Assembly (NCBI GenBank): GCA_965240325.2
Contig: OZ251223.1
Coordinates: 3,348,001 to 3,412,000, forward strand
DNA length: 64,000 bases
Direction of reading: 5' to 3'
Source of the DNA: Rebecca billardiae RCC1528
Lineage: Eukaryota > Protista > Haptophyta
Part shown: in pieces, positions 30,521-40,770 of the stretch
How the letters are laid out: every line of letters starts with the position of its first letter
Numbering within the stretch: position 1 is the first letter of the stretch
The notes under the pieces: generated by a model
Database searches by the model: none
Told to the model about the DNA's origin: nothing
The model's input: only the letters and a program-made list of their open reading frames with translations
Position numbers and translations under genes: made by a program

Positions 30521-32623
30521 TCAAAAGAAATCGGGCGGCGCCTCTGCCAGATGCACGCCGTGGATGAAAGAGCTCATGCACGCGCGCGCCAGTGGCGAGG
30601 GCATTGCATCGAGGTCCTCGTCATCCGCATCGCCCCCGCCCCTGACGGCGGCCGTGGTGGCGCCGGCAGCTCGACTCAGGGCAGCGGCGAGAGCGCTGTA
30701 CGCGCCACCAGCGGCGACGGAAGCGATTTCCTCGTTCTCTGCAAAGATGGGCGGGTCGCAGTGCCGCCGGCGCGGGTCGCAGCTGCGGTGGGTCTCAAAG
30801 AGCTCGGCGCCGGGCGCTGTGAGCCGCTCGAGCTGCGAGGCCACGCGGTCGGCCGCACTTGGCGCCAGCCTGCGCGTGAGTCCGATGAGGAAGCAGGTGT
30901 ACCACGGGTCCGAGCTCCACCACGTGCACACGCTCCGCGTGCGCAGCGCGACGTACGCCTCGACGTCCTCGGGCCGCAGCTCCCCGGGCCGCACGCGGCG
31001 CGCGTCGGTGAAGAAGCCGTGCGCCGCGCCCCCCAGCTCTTCCGGCCGCGGCTCCGGGACCAGCAGCGTGCCGACGCCGCGAGGGAAGAGGACCGTGAAC
31101 AGCCCGCCCTCCAGGTCGATGTGATCGAGGCTCGCCTCGCGCGTCTCGCCCGAGCGCGTGGCGATGGTGCCGACCCGCCCGCCGCCCGTTGCGCCCGGGC
31201 TCGCAAAGTGCGACTCGAGCGCCTCGCGGTCGAGCTTGACGGCGCACATCTGCCGCGCCACCTCGTTGCGCATCGACACGTCTGGGCCCCCAGAGGCGCC
31301 GGAGATCGCGTTCGCCATCGGCTCGGACAGCGCGGACGCGCTGATCAGCTTCGCGGCGAGGTCGAAGCGCTCGACCCACTGCGGAGCCATCGCGATGGCG
31401 ATTCGACCGTCCCGCATCCGGCGGCGCAGCAGAGACACCTCGCGCATGATCGGCGACCGAGGCCGTCGCCAGAACATTCCGCCATGCGAGTTGGGCCCGA
31501 ACGAGCAGCGCAGCGCGAGGGCCGGGTACGGCGGCGGCGGGCGGGCTGAGCGCGGGCTGGCGGCGGTCCACGCGGGCGGCAGCCGGTCATCCTGGCAGAA
31601 CGGGTCGACGACCCACACAACCGGCGGCTCCTGCGACGCCCTCTCCTCTGCGCCCGCACCTCCGTCCAGCACCTGCGCCGACCACGGACACATGTGGCAC
31701 GCCGCTGAGTACCGGTCGTCTTCGATGTCGTTCGGGTGCACCACCTCGAGCTGGGAGCGCCCGTTGATCACGGGGATCGAGCCCGCAGGCACCGGCTTGT
31801 CCAGCGCGCGCAGCCTCCAGTGCCCGCTCGGATCGAGCGCAGCGTTGGCGCTGTGGGCGTGCGCACACTCCACAAAGTCGAGCGCGAGGCGGACAGCCAT
31901 CAGCCGGTCCTCGTGCGTGGCGCGCACCAGCCGACACAGCCGCTGGGCCCCGCCGCCAGGCGTGGACGCGCACTGCTGCGACAGGTCTAGCGCGTGGCGG
32001 ATGTCGGCGGCCGTCCGCGCTCGCCGCGCAGATGGCTCGGCGGTGCCCAGCTGCTGCGCCACGACCACAAGGGGCGGCAGCCATCCCGGCTGAGACGCGG
32101 CAGCGGCGCACGGCTCGGCCAGCAGTGCGCGCAGCGATTCGCGCGCACGCGCATCCGCTTCAGCAGACTGGTCGCGGCCATCGACGACGAAAATGATCCC
32201 GCGCGCTGACGTGCCTCCCGCCGATGGCCCGTCAAAGTACTCGCGCACGCGCGCCAGCGCCGCGTCCGTGCTCGCGCCCGTCGGATCGTCGAGGTCGATC
32301 GACACATGGCTCACGTCGAGGCCGTCGTCGCGCATGCACGCGGGAGCGAAGGCGCCATCGCGATCCTTGGAGAGAGTGGCGCTCGGCAGGTAGGCTCGCA
32401 TGACGGACTCGCGGCCTGCAGCTGCGGGCCCTGTCCAGAGGTAGCTGGACGGGCCAGGCGTGCGCGCGCCGCTCGAGTGCTCCATGCAGCTTGACCGATG
32501 CGCCTTCCAGTGCGCTCTTTGGCACTCCGCCGAGCAATAGGCGACCATCTGACAGCGACCGCATCGACGCAGCCCCTGGCTCTTCGAGCAGCCCTCAGCG
32601 CCGCAGCAGGCCGTCGCCGCCAT
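30521..32623 (-). CDS. MYND zinc-finger protein with a degenerate Arf/Arl-like segment
   Basis: CGAEGC..RCGRCQMVAYCSAECQRAHWKAHRSSC (zf-MYND); later EYF..GIIFVVDGRD..ARESLRALL..PLVVVAQQ..IRHALDL. Confidence 0.8.
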   Translation of the reverse strand: MAATACCGAEGCSKSQGLRRCGRCQMVAYCSAECQRAHWKAHRSSCMEHSSGARTPGPSSYLWTGPAAAGRESVMRAYLPSATLSKDRDGAFAPACMRDDGLDVSHVSIDLDDPTGASTDAALARVREYFDGPSAGGTSARGIIFVVDGRDQSAEADARARESLRALLAEPCAAAASQPGWLPPLVVVAQQLGTAEPSARRARTAADIRHALDLSQQCASTPGGGAQRLCRLVRATHEDRLMAVRLALDFVECAHAHSANAALDPSGHWRLRALDKPVPAGSIPVINGRSQLEVVHPNDIEDDRYSAACHMCPWSAQVLDGGAGAEERASQEPPVVWVVDPFCQDDRLPPAWTAASPRSARPPPPYPALALRCSFGPNSHGGMFWRRPRSPIMREVSLLRRRMRDGRIAIAMAPQWVERFDLAAKLISASALSEPMANAISGASGGPDVSMRNEVARQMCAVKLDREALESHFASPGATGGGRVGTIATRSGETREASLDHIDLEGGLFTVLFPRGVGTLLVPEPRPEELGGAAHGFFTDARRVRPGELRPEDVEAYVALRTRSVCTWWSSDPWYTCFLIGLTRRLAPSAADRVASQLERLTAPGAELFETHRSCDPRRRHCDPPIFAENEEIASVAAGGAYSALAAALSRAAGATTAAVRGGGDADDEDLDAMPSPLARACMSSFIHGVHLAEAPPDFF

Positions 32624-32983
32624 AGTGGTTGATGCGCGACGAGATTCTAGCCACGATGACCCACGCGGGCCCAAATTGAGAGCGCGAATAATTTGTTGGA
32701 TGGCTCATTTCGTCAAGAGCTCGCGCAGATTTGCGCCGCCCGTTTGCACTTTATTGCCACGGCCCTCTTAAGGCTCTAACCGGACAGGCACAGCGTTGTC
32801 ACAGTCTAGTAGTGTAGTCTTATTAGCTAGTAGTAAGACTGTAGTAGTAGTACATTAAGCTAAATACTACGCACCGGCCGTACTAACACTACGGACCGCC
32901 CTTGACTACGGTATCATGCTGCAAGATACTGATTCATGATTATGCTGACGAAGAGTAAGCAGAGTTATACAGATGTCAGATGT

Positions 32984-32988
<5 letters not shown>

Positions 32989-33052
<64 letters not shown>
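32989..33052. repeat. (AT)n microsatellite
   Basis: About 32 AT units. Confidence 0.95.
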
Positions 33053-33054
<2 letters not shown>

Positions 33055-33351
33055 TGTGACTCAGTGTGCTGCGGACAACTACACGGCTAGCATTTGACCA
33101 TTTATTCAGATTCAGCAATGATAATGGTGCCCGATTACTGATTAGTGATTAGTCGGATCGCCGCGGATCGGACCGGGACACCGCGCTGGCGACGACCGTG
33201 TCGTCTGCGCCCTTGAAGACGAGCAGAAGCTCTTGGCCTGCGGAGTGGCGAGCACGGTCCTGTGAGTGTGTCACGCCGTCTGCCGCGGAGACAGTGATGA
33301 GACAGCCAGCTGGCCGCGCGGCTGCTTCAAGGGTGCCTGTCAGAGAGATGA

Positions 33352-34071
33352 TTACTGCTGCTTCGGAGGGAGGCCCGGGCCCACGACGTTCACGCCGACC
33401 TCATTGCGGCGGAGGAAGTTTGGCACGACGAATGGGTCGTGGAAACCGTGGACAAGCGTCTCGCCATCGTGAGCGGCGCGCACCGTGCCACCGGATGCCG
33501 CGAGAGCCTCAAGCACCTGCTCCTTCTTCTTGGCGACGACTGAGTCGGCTGGGGGTGGCCCAGAGAACTTCACCAGTGCGGCATAGTGCGGCGGCACTTG
33601 CCGGAGACGCACCTTGGCGTCGCGTGGGATCGGCAGGGAGCCGAGAGAGCGCTTCGGCGACATGACGAAGGAGAGCCTGACCGTGCGATCGCGACTGATC
33701 GCCTGGCGCACCGGCGCCGTCATAGCCATCTTCTCCGACACCTCGGGTGGCGGCGGAGGGCGCAGGAAGCGCGCCTTGTCGCGTGGCACATTCTTGCCGA
33801 AGATATAGCCCGCAACTAGCTGGAAGCCGGACGAGGTAGCCTCCTTCAGGCCCGCTTTGATCGTGGCCTCGGCGATGTTGTACGACTCGTACCTACGCAC
33901 TTCGACGCCGCCAGGCAGCCGCATCACCACCTCGTACGCGGGCTGCTCAAGCCTATTTTCCGTGTGCCACGCGTAGATCCCACCCGCGTATCGGATCGCG
34001 AGCAGCGCGACGACCACGTAACTAGCCACCTTGGCAATCGTCAGGCCGAGGGCATTCGTGATGGCCACCAT
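33352..34071 (-). CDS. SOUL heme-binding family protein with an N-terminal TM anchor
   Basis: EQPAYEV, EVRRY, GFQLVAGYIFGKN, MAMTAPV, SFVMS, LPIPRD..V, FLRRNEV. Confidence 0.9.
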   Translation of the reverse strand: MVAITNALGLTIAKVASYVVVALLAIRYAGGIYAWHTENRLEQPAYEVVMRLPGGVEVRRYESYNIAEATIKAGLKEATSSGFQLVAGYIFGKNVPRDKARFLRPPPPPEVSEKMAMTAPVRQAISRDRTVRLSFVMSPKRSLGSLPIPRDAKVRLRQVPPHYAALVKFSGPPPADSVVAKKKEQVLEALAASGGTVRAAHDGETLVHGFHDPFVVPNFLRRNEVGVNVVGPGLPPKQQ

Positions 34072-34249
34072 CGCGAGGGCGCGCGAGCGACCGAAAACAC
34101 GCGCGCAAAGAATAAAGAAATGCGCGCAAACCGCAGAGAATTAATGGTCCGGGGGGCGGGGCATAGCTAATAGCTCGCGGATCGTCGCACCGGGCCCGGC
34201 ACTGCTAACCAGCAGGCTAGGCAGTAGTTCGTCGCTGGTTCGCCGAAAG

Positions 34250-35659
34250 CTACCCAGGGTAGGTAGCTCCGAGACTGACGGCGATGAGGCCCCGAACGGG
34301 AACTGGAAGCGCGGCCCGCCGGCAAGCACTGCGGTCCATGTACCCATACTCGTGCAAGCCGTCACACACGGCCGGGAGCGATAGCAGCTCTCGCGCGCAC
34401 GCGTCCCCATGCGCACGCCACCTGCCCGAGTAGACTGCGCTCCGATTAGCCGACGCCTCTACAGCGTGGTGCCGGACGTTGCCCAGCCCGAGATCGCGCT
34501 CAAAAATGCTCCCCAGACTGTCGAGTGGCACCGCGCTCGAGATGCGCAGCCGCGTGAACAGACGCGCCAACGCGGCGCGCCTGCCGCTCAGGTCCGCGCG
34601 GACCAAATCCTCAGCGCGCACGACGGTGTACCGGTCGCCGAGCACCCTCCGCGCGTACGTTGTCACGGCCAGGTTGGCGACCGCCCACACGATCAGCTGC
34701 TGCTTGGGGTTGGCAAAGCCCTTGCGCTGTGCCTTGGGCAGGCGGCATGCGCCCGCGCGCGGTGGGGCCACATCCGGCCCACACAAGTGATGCCACTTCT
34801 TCGCCGCCGCGCGGTTGAGCGAGAATGCCATGTCTCGCCCATCGCGCACGATGTGCACAAAGAGGTACCGGTCCTCAAACATGGCGTCGAGGGTCGGCAG
34901 CATCAGCATCGCGAGGCCGTGCTTCCAGCCGTGAGCGATGGGCACGACGCTGGCGGCGCGCTCGCACGGACGCCCAGCGGCGATGGTGACCGCCTCTGCG
35001 TAGCACGCGCGCATGGTGCGGGTGAGCAGAGCGTACGACTCGCACATCACGCCCGTCACCTCCCGCCGCAGCGCTGGCGCCACCTCTCGCAGTCCGTAGT
35101 CCGTCCGGCCACGAAGCGCAAGCAGAAGCTTACGAGACATGTCCGGCTCGCGGCCTCTAGTCCAGTCGTACTCAGGGTTCCAAGGGAACGGTGGCTGATA
35201 GAGGGAGCGGGCGGTCGTCGGACACCGCGTGCGCCCTGGGCGCTTGTCCAGGTGGCCGATGAACACGCCCGCGTCCTTCAGCACCTTTGCAATGCCACGA
35301 GTCGAGCTGCCAGGCAGACCACCGACGACGATCGGAAAGTCGTGTTGCATGCGCGGCGTGCTGGTACAGCCGGGCTCGGGCGGAAAGGCGAGCGGGGTGG
35401 ACTTGTTGCAGACGCTGTGTGGCGACCGTGGGCCCCATGCGGCTGCATCCAGTGATGGATCCCGTGCCGCACCTGCACGCAGATGCTGCCATGCCGAGCA
35501 CTCCGCGCCAAACGTGCTGGCCTCCGCATCCAGCGATCGCGGGAAGGTGGAGCTACCTGATGCGCACGCGAGGACCAGGGTTATGAGAGACCACCACTGT
35601 GTCACGATCTGCGCGGCAGCCGAGGCGTGCCGGCCCATCCCAGTGGGTGCCCAGCGCAT
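34250..35659 (-). CDS. Type II membrane sulfotransferase-like protein (Sulfotransfer_3-like)
   Basis: 5'-PSB-like IVVGGLPGSSTR, HGWKH, 3'-PB-like FVHIVRDGRDMAFS, VRAEDL; N-terminal hydrophobic helix. Start could be 35638. Confidence 0.75.
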   Translation of the reverse strand: MRWAPTGMGRHASAAAQIVTQWWSLITLVLACASGSSTFPRSLDAEASTFGAECSAWQHLRAGAARDPSLDAAAWGPRSPHSVCNKSTPLAFPPEPGCTSTPRMQHDFPIVVGGLPGSSTRGIAKVLKDAGVFIGHLDKRPGRTRCPTTARSLYQPPFPWNPEYDWTRGREPDMSRKLLLALRGRTDYGLREVAPALRREVTGVMCESYALLTRTMRACYAEAVTIAAGRPCERAASVVPIAHGWKHGLAMLMLPTLDAMFEDRYLFVHIVRDGRDMAFSLNRAAAKKWHHLCGPDVAPPRAGACRLPKAQRKGFANPKQQLIVWAVANLAVTTYARRVLGDRYTVVRAEDLVRADLSGRRAALARLFTRLRISSAVPLDSLGSIFERDLGLGNVRHHAVEASANRSAVYSGRWRAHGDACARELLSLPAVCDGLHEYGYMDRSACRRAALPVPVRGLIAVSLGATYPG

Positions 35660-35766
35660 GCAAAGTGGCAAGAGCTCGGCGTCGTCAACCCGTCATTCCG
35701 CCATCGTGAAAGAACCTACTCTTGTACTTCCGCCAGGCGCCAGCTTGCTCCCACGGTGCAGGCACG

Positions 35767-36039
35767 ATGGCCGCCGACGGCGCGCCTGCCAAGGCGGGGG
35801 TGGCCGTCTTCTACGACCCCCAAGACGCGCGCGGCGTCGCTATCGAGGACGTGGACGAGGATGACGCGCACACTGCGGATCAGGAACAGGTAAACATCCC
35901 GGCTGTCCCCGACGACGAGCTGATCGAGCTCCAGCTGTCGGCACGATCAGCATTGAGTGTGAGGTCAGCACCTCCGACGGATGGACTCCGAAGGACAGGG
36001 CCAGCTGCACGATCAAAGTGTCCGTGCATACTGATGTGA
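35767..36039 (+). CDS. Small acidic hypothetical protein (90 aa)
   Basis: ATG in good context, GC3-rich codons in the 5' half (MAADGAPAKAGVAVFYDPQDARGVAIEDVDEDD), divergent from the sulfotransferase like other head-to-head pairs. Confidence 0.5.
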   Translation: MAADGAPAKAGVAVFYDPQDARGVAIEDVDEDDAHTADQEQVNIPAVPDDELIELQLSARSALSVRSAPPTDGLRRTGPAARSKCPCILM

Positions 36040-37674
36040 GAAAACGCCACATAATCTTGCTTGTGAGATCATTAACGCTTCTTCAACATACCCCCCAGCT
36101 CAGCAGCGGCTAGCTTAGTAGCCGTCTCGTCTGGCGTCTCAATATTATTATTGAATAGTGAATATTACTATGACTCTGTGAACGGCTCCCGGGACGGGCC
36201 GCGGCCCGGTCACGCCTCAAGGTCGGACGCACGCGGCCCGCCGGGTGCCGATCCGTGGCTGAGTGCGGGCTGGCAGCAGTGAGTTAGGCAGTCGCCTGGC
36301 GCCGCGGCACAGCAGCAGTCCATCGATCATCAGCATTGTAACACTGCATTGTAACTCGCGCCGTCATTCACTCATAGCGCCTACAAGTACAGCTGCCATC
36401 GGAACAGTATACTATGACTCGAGCGAAATTGACTTAGGACAACCGTCTATTCTTTTAAACAATCTGCTGCTGCTAGCTAGTCTATTACGCCGTCGGAATA
36501 ATCAACTGAATCAGTGACGGGATGACGACTTATTTATGTAGGCGACAGCGACGGTCAAATGTACTGTATCCGAACGCAGCATTCCCAGGTAGCTAGTTTA
36601 GCTGCATTATATTGTCACTACGGATTCCAGTTTAAAATATAGCTATTAGTAGCTTATAACTTATAGCAGGTGATTCGATCAGCGCACCGACGATCGGCGG
36701 CGAATACCACTTACCAGGCACGTACCCAGGTTGCAGTGACTCATTTTTTCACTGGCCGTTCACGCTGCCATCATCGCCAGTAAGAATTATTCGCGGTCCC
36801 GTGTCCAGCATGATCGGAGACAGAGGCTTGCTGAATGAGTGAATACTGGGCATGCTACTGCCATCACAAGACCGACTGAAAAGTGAAAATAACTACAACG
36901 ATTGTCAACATGATCAACATCGTCGACGGCCCGAGTGACTTGTCGGCTTCTCCAGGCAGGAGCCGGCGAAACTGTCAGGTCGGAGCCGGACTGGGACTGG
37001 GAGCGTTGCAGCGCACTGAGACACGCGCAGGGCAGCAACGAGCAGTGGGCCAGTGCAGCGGGGCCGAGCCGCGAGCAGCGCCGGGCGAGCCGCGCCGGGC
37101 CCGGGCCAACGATGAACGGGACGCGCTGCCTAGCGCCTGATTCCGACAGGCGGCCGGCGCTGCCTCTGACCCTGTCGTGCAGGGGCTCCCCCGCCCGGCG
37201 CCAGTCGGAGCAGGAAACGAGGCACGCTGGACAGTCGAAGGCCACGTACCGTGAGGCCTCGGCCACTCCGGCCAGACTGACAGACAGGGCCGGAGAGTAC
37301 CGTGCGGCGGTGCAATTTCTGTGAAGCTTGTGCCAGTCATATGCAATCTGTCATATCTGTGAGTGACTGAGACCGTAGGAAAGAATACAGCTAGCCTGCT
37401 TACTAGACTTAGAGTAGCCTAGGAATAATGAACTCGTCATCCGAAGAGAGTATCTTCATCGGAGAGTCGGAGTGCATTCTGACGTAGCCTGTCTAGCCAG
37501 TCTGCTAAGTGTGATATGTCTTCAATTCTAGTCATCTGCTGGTGATCTGGCGGAGTCGGGAGTATCTGGACGAGATCATTCGCGCGGCGCATTCCGACGT
37601 AAGATAGTGTCTAAGGTCCCCTTCGGCGGCGCCACTGGGGCGTGTTCACTGTGATACTGCTAAGAATAATACGA

Positions 37675-37677
<3 letters not shown>

Positions 37678-37753
<76 letters not shown>

Positions 37754-37771
37754 ACGATGATGATGATGATG
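37678..37771. repeat. (AT)n microsatellite followed by (GAT)n
   Basis: About 36 AT units (37678-37749), then GAT repeats. Confidence 0.95.
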
Positions 37772-37961
37772 ATTGGCCTGGCCCCTGGCCGTGCGATAAC
37801 GGTGATGCCACGGGAAGTCCGCGATCCATGCTTGGCGGTATCGCCCGATCGGTCGGGCGGCGCTGCCAATTTACAATAATATTACAATATTAATATAGGC
37901 ATGCAATATGATAAGGCTCGAACGGCCCTGACAGGCCCAGGCTTCGTAGTCGCCAGCGTCA

Positions 37962-38657
37962 TCATCTGAACTGCATCGCATCAGCAGTGTCCTCAGCATC
38001 GCTTTCCCTGCCGGACTCGTGCGGCAATCCGTCCTCGCCCATTCCTCCTCGAGGTGAGCGAAGCGTTGCCGGATTGTGATGACCATCCGTCATGCCCAAT
38101 GGCATCTGGGCTGCCAGGCTCGAAGCAAACTGCTTCTCCCATTCTCTCGAGAACGCAGCGAGCTTGGAGGCGTACTCTCGTTCTGCAGCAACGCGCTGCT
38201 CCCCACTGACGGCCTGCAGCTTGAGCTGACGCTCGGCCCCCGTGAGGCCATCACCGAACCGCTTGTCGATCATCCTGCTCCTCCGCACCAGCGCGATGCC
38301 TGTAGCAAGATTTCGCCGCGTCAGCTCGCTTGTCCTACCGGCACGTACAAGTTCCTCCATCTCGCGCAGGTGCTCCTCTATCGTCTCATCAGACGTGAGC
38401 CGGGAGTTCGCTAGAAGCGCCGTTCGTTCCCACAGGCTCTCGGCAATCCTATCGAGATGATCCGTCGCCTTCGGGCCAGGCGGCGGGATGGAGTTGGGAG
38501 CCATCCCCGGGGGCATCGCCACTGGCAGCCACTGCCACGGCCATAACGACCACTCGTCGATGTAGTAGGCCAACGCAACGCTTGCCAATATCCACGGGAG
38601 TGCCTGCGCGATGGGGCGGGCCGATCGAAAGTTATCACGCCGTCGTCGGGCCGCCAT
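37962..38657 (-). CDS. Hypothetical single-pass membrane protein
   Basis: MAARRRRDNF.. followed by hydrophobic ALPWILASVALAYYI and a helical C-terminal domain. Start uncertain. Confidence 0.55.
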   Translation of the reverse strand: MAARRRRDNFRSARPIAQALPWILASVALAYYIDEWSLWPWQWLPVAMPPGMAPNSIPPPGPKATDHLDRIAESLWERTALLANSRLTSDETIEEHLREMEELVRAGRTSELTRRNLATGIALVRRSRMIDKRFGDGLTGAERQLKLQAVSGEQRVAAEREYASKLAAFSREWEKQFASSLAAQMPLGMTDGHHNPATLRSPRGGMGEDGLPHESGRESDAEDTADAMQFR

Positions 38658-38824
38658 GCCGAGCGAACCGCTGCGAGGTGCATGCCGGACTGCAGACCTG
38701 CTCAAGTGCTCACTGTTCATCACCACCCTTGGTTCCGGCATCGGAATTCACCGAGCAGGGGCGCGCGCGCAAACTCATCGGCACTCCGCGGTGGAGCAGT
38801 GCCGTCGTGCGGGAGCTGCGATCG

Positions 38825-39172
38825 ATGCGCGGCGCAGGGTCGAGCGCGCGCGCATGGCGCGCGGCAGCGCGGAGTGGACGAGCGCGTGTGTTTGGAAGAT
38901 CGTCAACCCGACTTCCCCAATCGCATGCTCGTCTCTTTGAAGCCCCTGCTTCGCGTACAATGCTGAACAGGAGGTACGGACACGCGCAGATGCGCGCACG
39001 TGCGCAATTGTTGGATGCGCTGTGCAGCTCAGTTCGGTGAGCACCCCTCGCCCGCTCTCCGCTGAGCAGGTGCATTGCAACGAACGTCGGCGTGGTATCT
39101 GCAGCGATGGAACTGCCATCTGTGGCGATGCAGATCATGGGTGGTGGTGGGCTGGATGACGACGAGTGCTAG
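38825..39172 (+). CDS. Small (83 aa) putative mitochondrial protein, 2 exons; not present as one ORF in the track
   Basis: Exon 38825-38973, intron 38974-39069 (GTACGG..CTGAGCAG), exon 39070-39172. Product MRGAGSSARAWRAAARSGRARVFGRSSTRL...CIATNVGVVSAAMELPSVAMQIMGGGGLDDDEC*. Confidence 0.5.
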
Positions 39173-40032
39173 CATTTCGGGCCGGCTTGGGCAGCACATC
39201 CATCTGCTCTCGCCGGCCCGTCGTCCAACAGGACTCGCTTTCCTCGCGAACATCTGTCCTACTGCACATATCGTCTCGCCATCGCCCTGGTTGCATCCAT
39301 CGACCTGTTCACTCGTGCGAATATGGAACGGACGCCGGTGACGGGTGAATGCCGATGCGTCAACGCTTAACCGTAATGCTGCTGTCTTCTCTCTGCTTCC
39401 AGGCGGTGTTTCAGCGACACCCGAAGGCGTGTAGTGAAGATTGGTGCGTGATGACCGTCATCCGGTTGCCGGTGCTCCGTGGCCGTGGCCGGTGGCGGTC
39501 GGCACGGCACCCGCGGGGGCCGACGACGGTCGACGCCCGGCGCGGCGGCCGCGGGCCTGCCCGGCCCCGGTGGCCGGTGCCCCGAGGCCGCCAGTGCCCG
39601 TGCCGAAACGCTAGGGCACTCAGGCTCAGCGTGGCAGCACGCAGTCTCATTGCTGCCAGCCGGCCCGTCAGTGAGGCCGCTCAGAGCTGCGGTCCACCCC
39701 CCCTAACTCCTAAGTCCGGTCAACGTTGTAGCGTTGCATCTACTTGGCTGTTGGCTCTTGAGATGCAAATGCCAAATCGACGCCGACGGTCCCCACGATT
39801 GCCCATCAATTGATCATCGCCGCGGCGCTGGCTCTGGTGATCTGCAAGGTGAGCGCGGGCAGCATCGGGGGTGCAAGACTGAGTGCGGCAGGCCGCCGGG
39901 ACCGCTGGGCTCGAGGCTCGGAGACTGCGCCTCAAGTCCAGCTGGCAGCGGCGGCATTGCAGGTTGGACGAGTGCAGCTCATCCTTGCTTCAGCAGGCTG
40001 GACGTGCGCTCCGACTCCCACCACCCGCGTGG

Positions 40033-40623
40033 CTACTCCACCTTCTGGCCGGTGAGCCGGGCTGTCAGGTCCTTGGCAGCCTGCTGCTGCATGACACCCT
40101 TGGGCGGCGCGAAACCCGTGACCTTCTGCACATTCGCACGCAATGCCATCGCGGTCAGGCTGTAGAGGAAGGCCACGGAGCACTCGGTCATGTCGGTACC
40201 CTCCATGCCACGGTGCGTAATGCCAGTCAGGAAGTTAAACGGCACGAACGGCAGCTTGGCGACGGGGACGCCGTCGAAGATGCTCGAGAGCGCCCAGTAG
40301 AAGGCGACCAGCAGCAGCGAGACAAATGCCATCGCGCGGCTCTGGTACGCGGCGATGTCGCGCTCGAGGTACCGCAGGTCGTCCTCGAACCGGCTCACAC
40401 GCTTCGCCTTTTGCTTGGCTGCCTTTGCAGCGTCCTTCTCGCTCTTCTCGGGGGTCGCCTTCGCGACCTCCATCTGCTTGGTGGTCCGGTCGATTGACTT
40501 TCGCAGGCGCTGGTACCCCTCTCTCCTGTACACGAGCAGCCACACCAGGAACTCGGATGCCGCAGCAGATGCCGCTGCGCCGAGCACGACGACGATCGCC
40601 TTCGACGCGAGTTGGAACCCCAT
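40033..40623 (-). CDS. TMCO1: TMCO1 (ER Oxa1-superfamily insertase / Ca-load-activated channel, DUF106)
   Basis: EFLVWLLVYR..YQRL, FDGVPVAKLPFVP, HRGMEGTDMTECSVAFLYSL..RANVQKVTGFAP. Confidence 0.93.
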   Translation of the reverse strand: MGFQLASKAIVVVLGAAASAAASEFLVWLLVYRREGYQRLRKSIDRTTKQMEVAKATPEKSEKDAAKAAKQKAKRVSRFEDDLRYLERDIAAYQSRAMAFVSLLLVAFYWALSSIFDGVPVAKLPFVPFNFLTGITHRGMEGTDMTECSVAFLYSLTAMALRANVQKVTGFAPPKGVMQQQAAKDLTARLTGQKVE

Positions 40624-40770
40624 CGCCGAGGCCGTCCGGCAGGTTTTTGACTTTTCGCCCGGTCGACCGGGCTTTTCGTCGTCGTCTCGCACGCTGATGA
40701 ATTGGAATTCTGGTACAGTTTGTTTTGGGCGCTGCGGCTCGGCTCCCTGCCTCCCTCGGTCGCAAGCCTC

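Noticed and set aside
36016-36054. Possible selenocysteine read-through at the TGA after KCPCILM
   Set aside because: No redox motif at the TGA and no SECIS-like hairpin recognised downstream.
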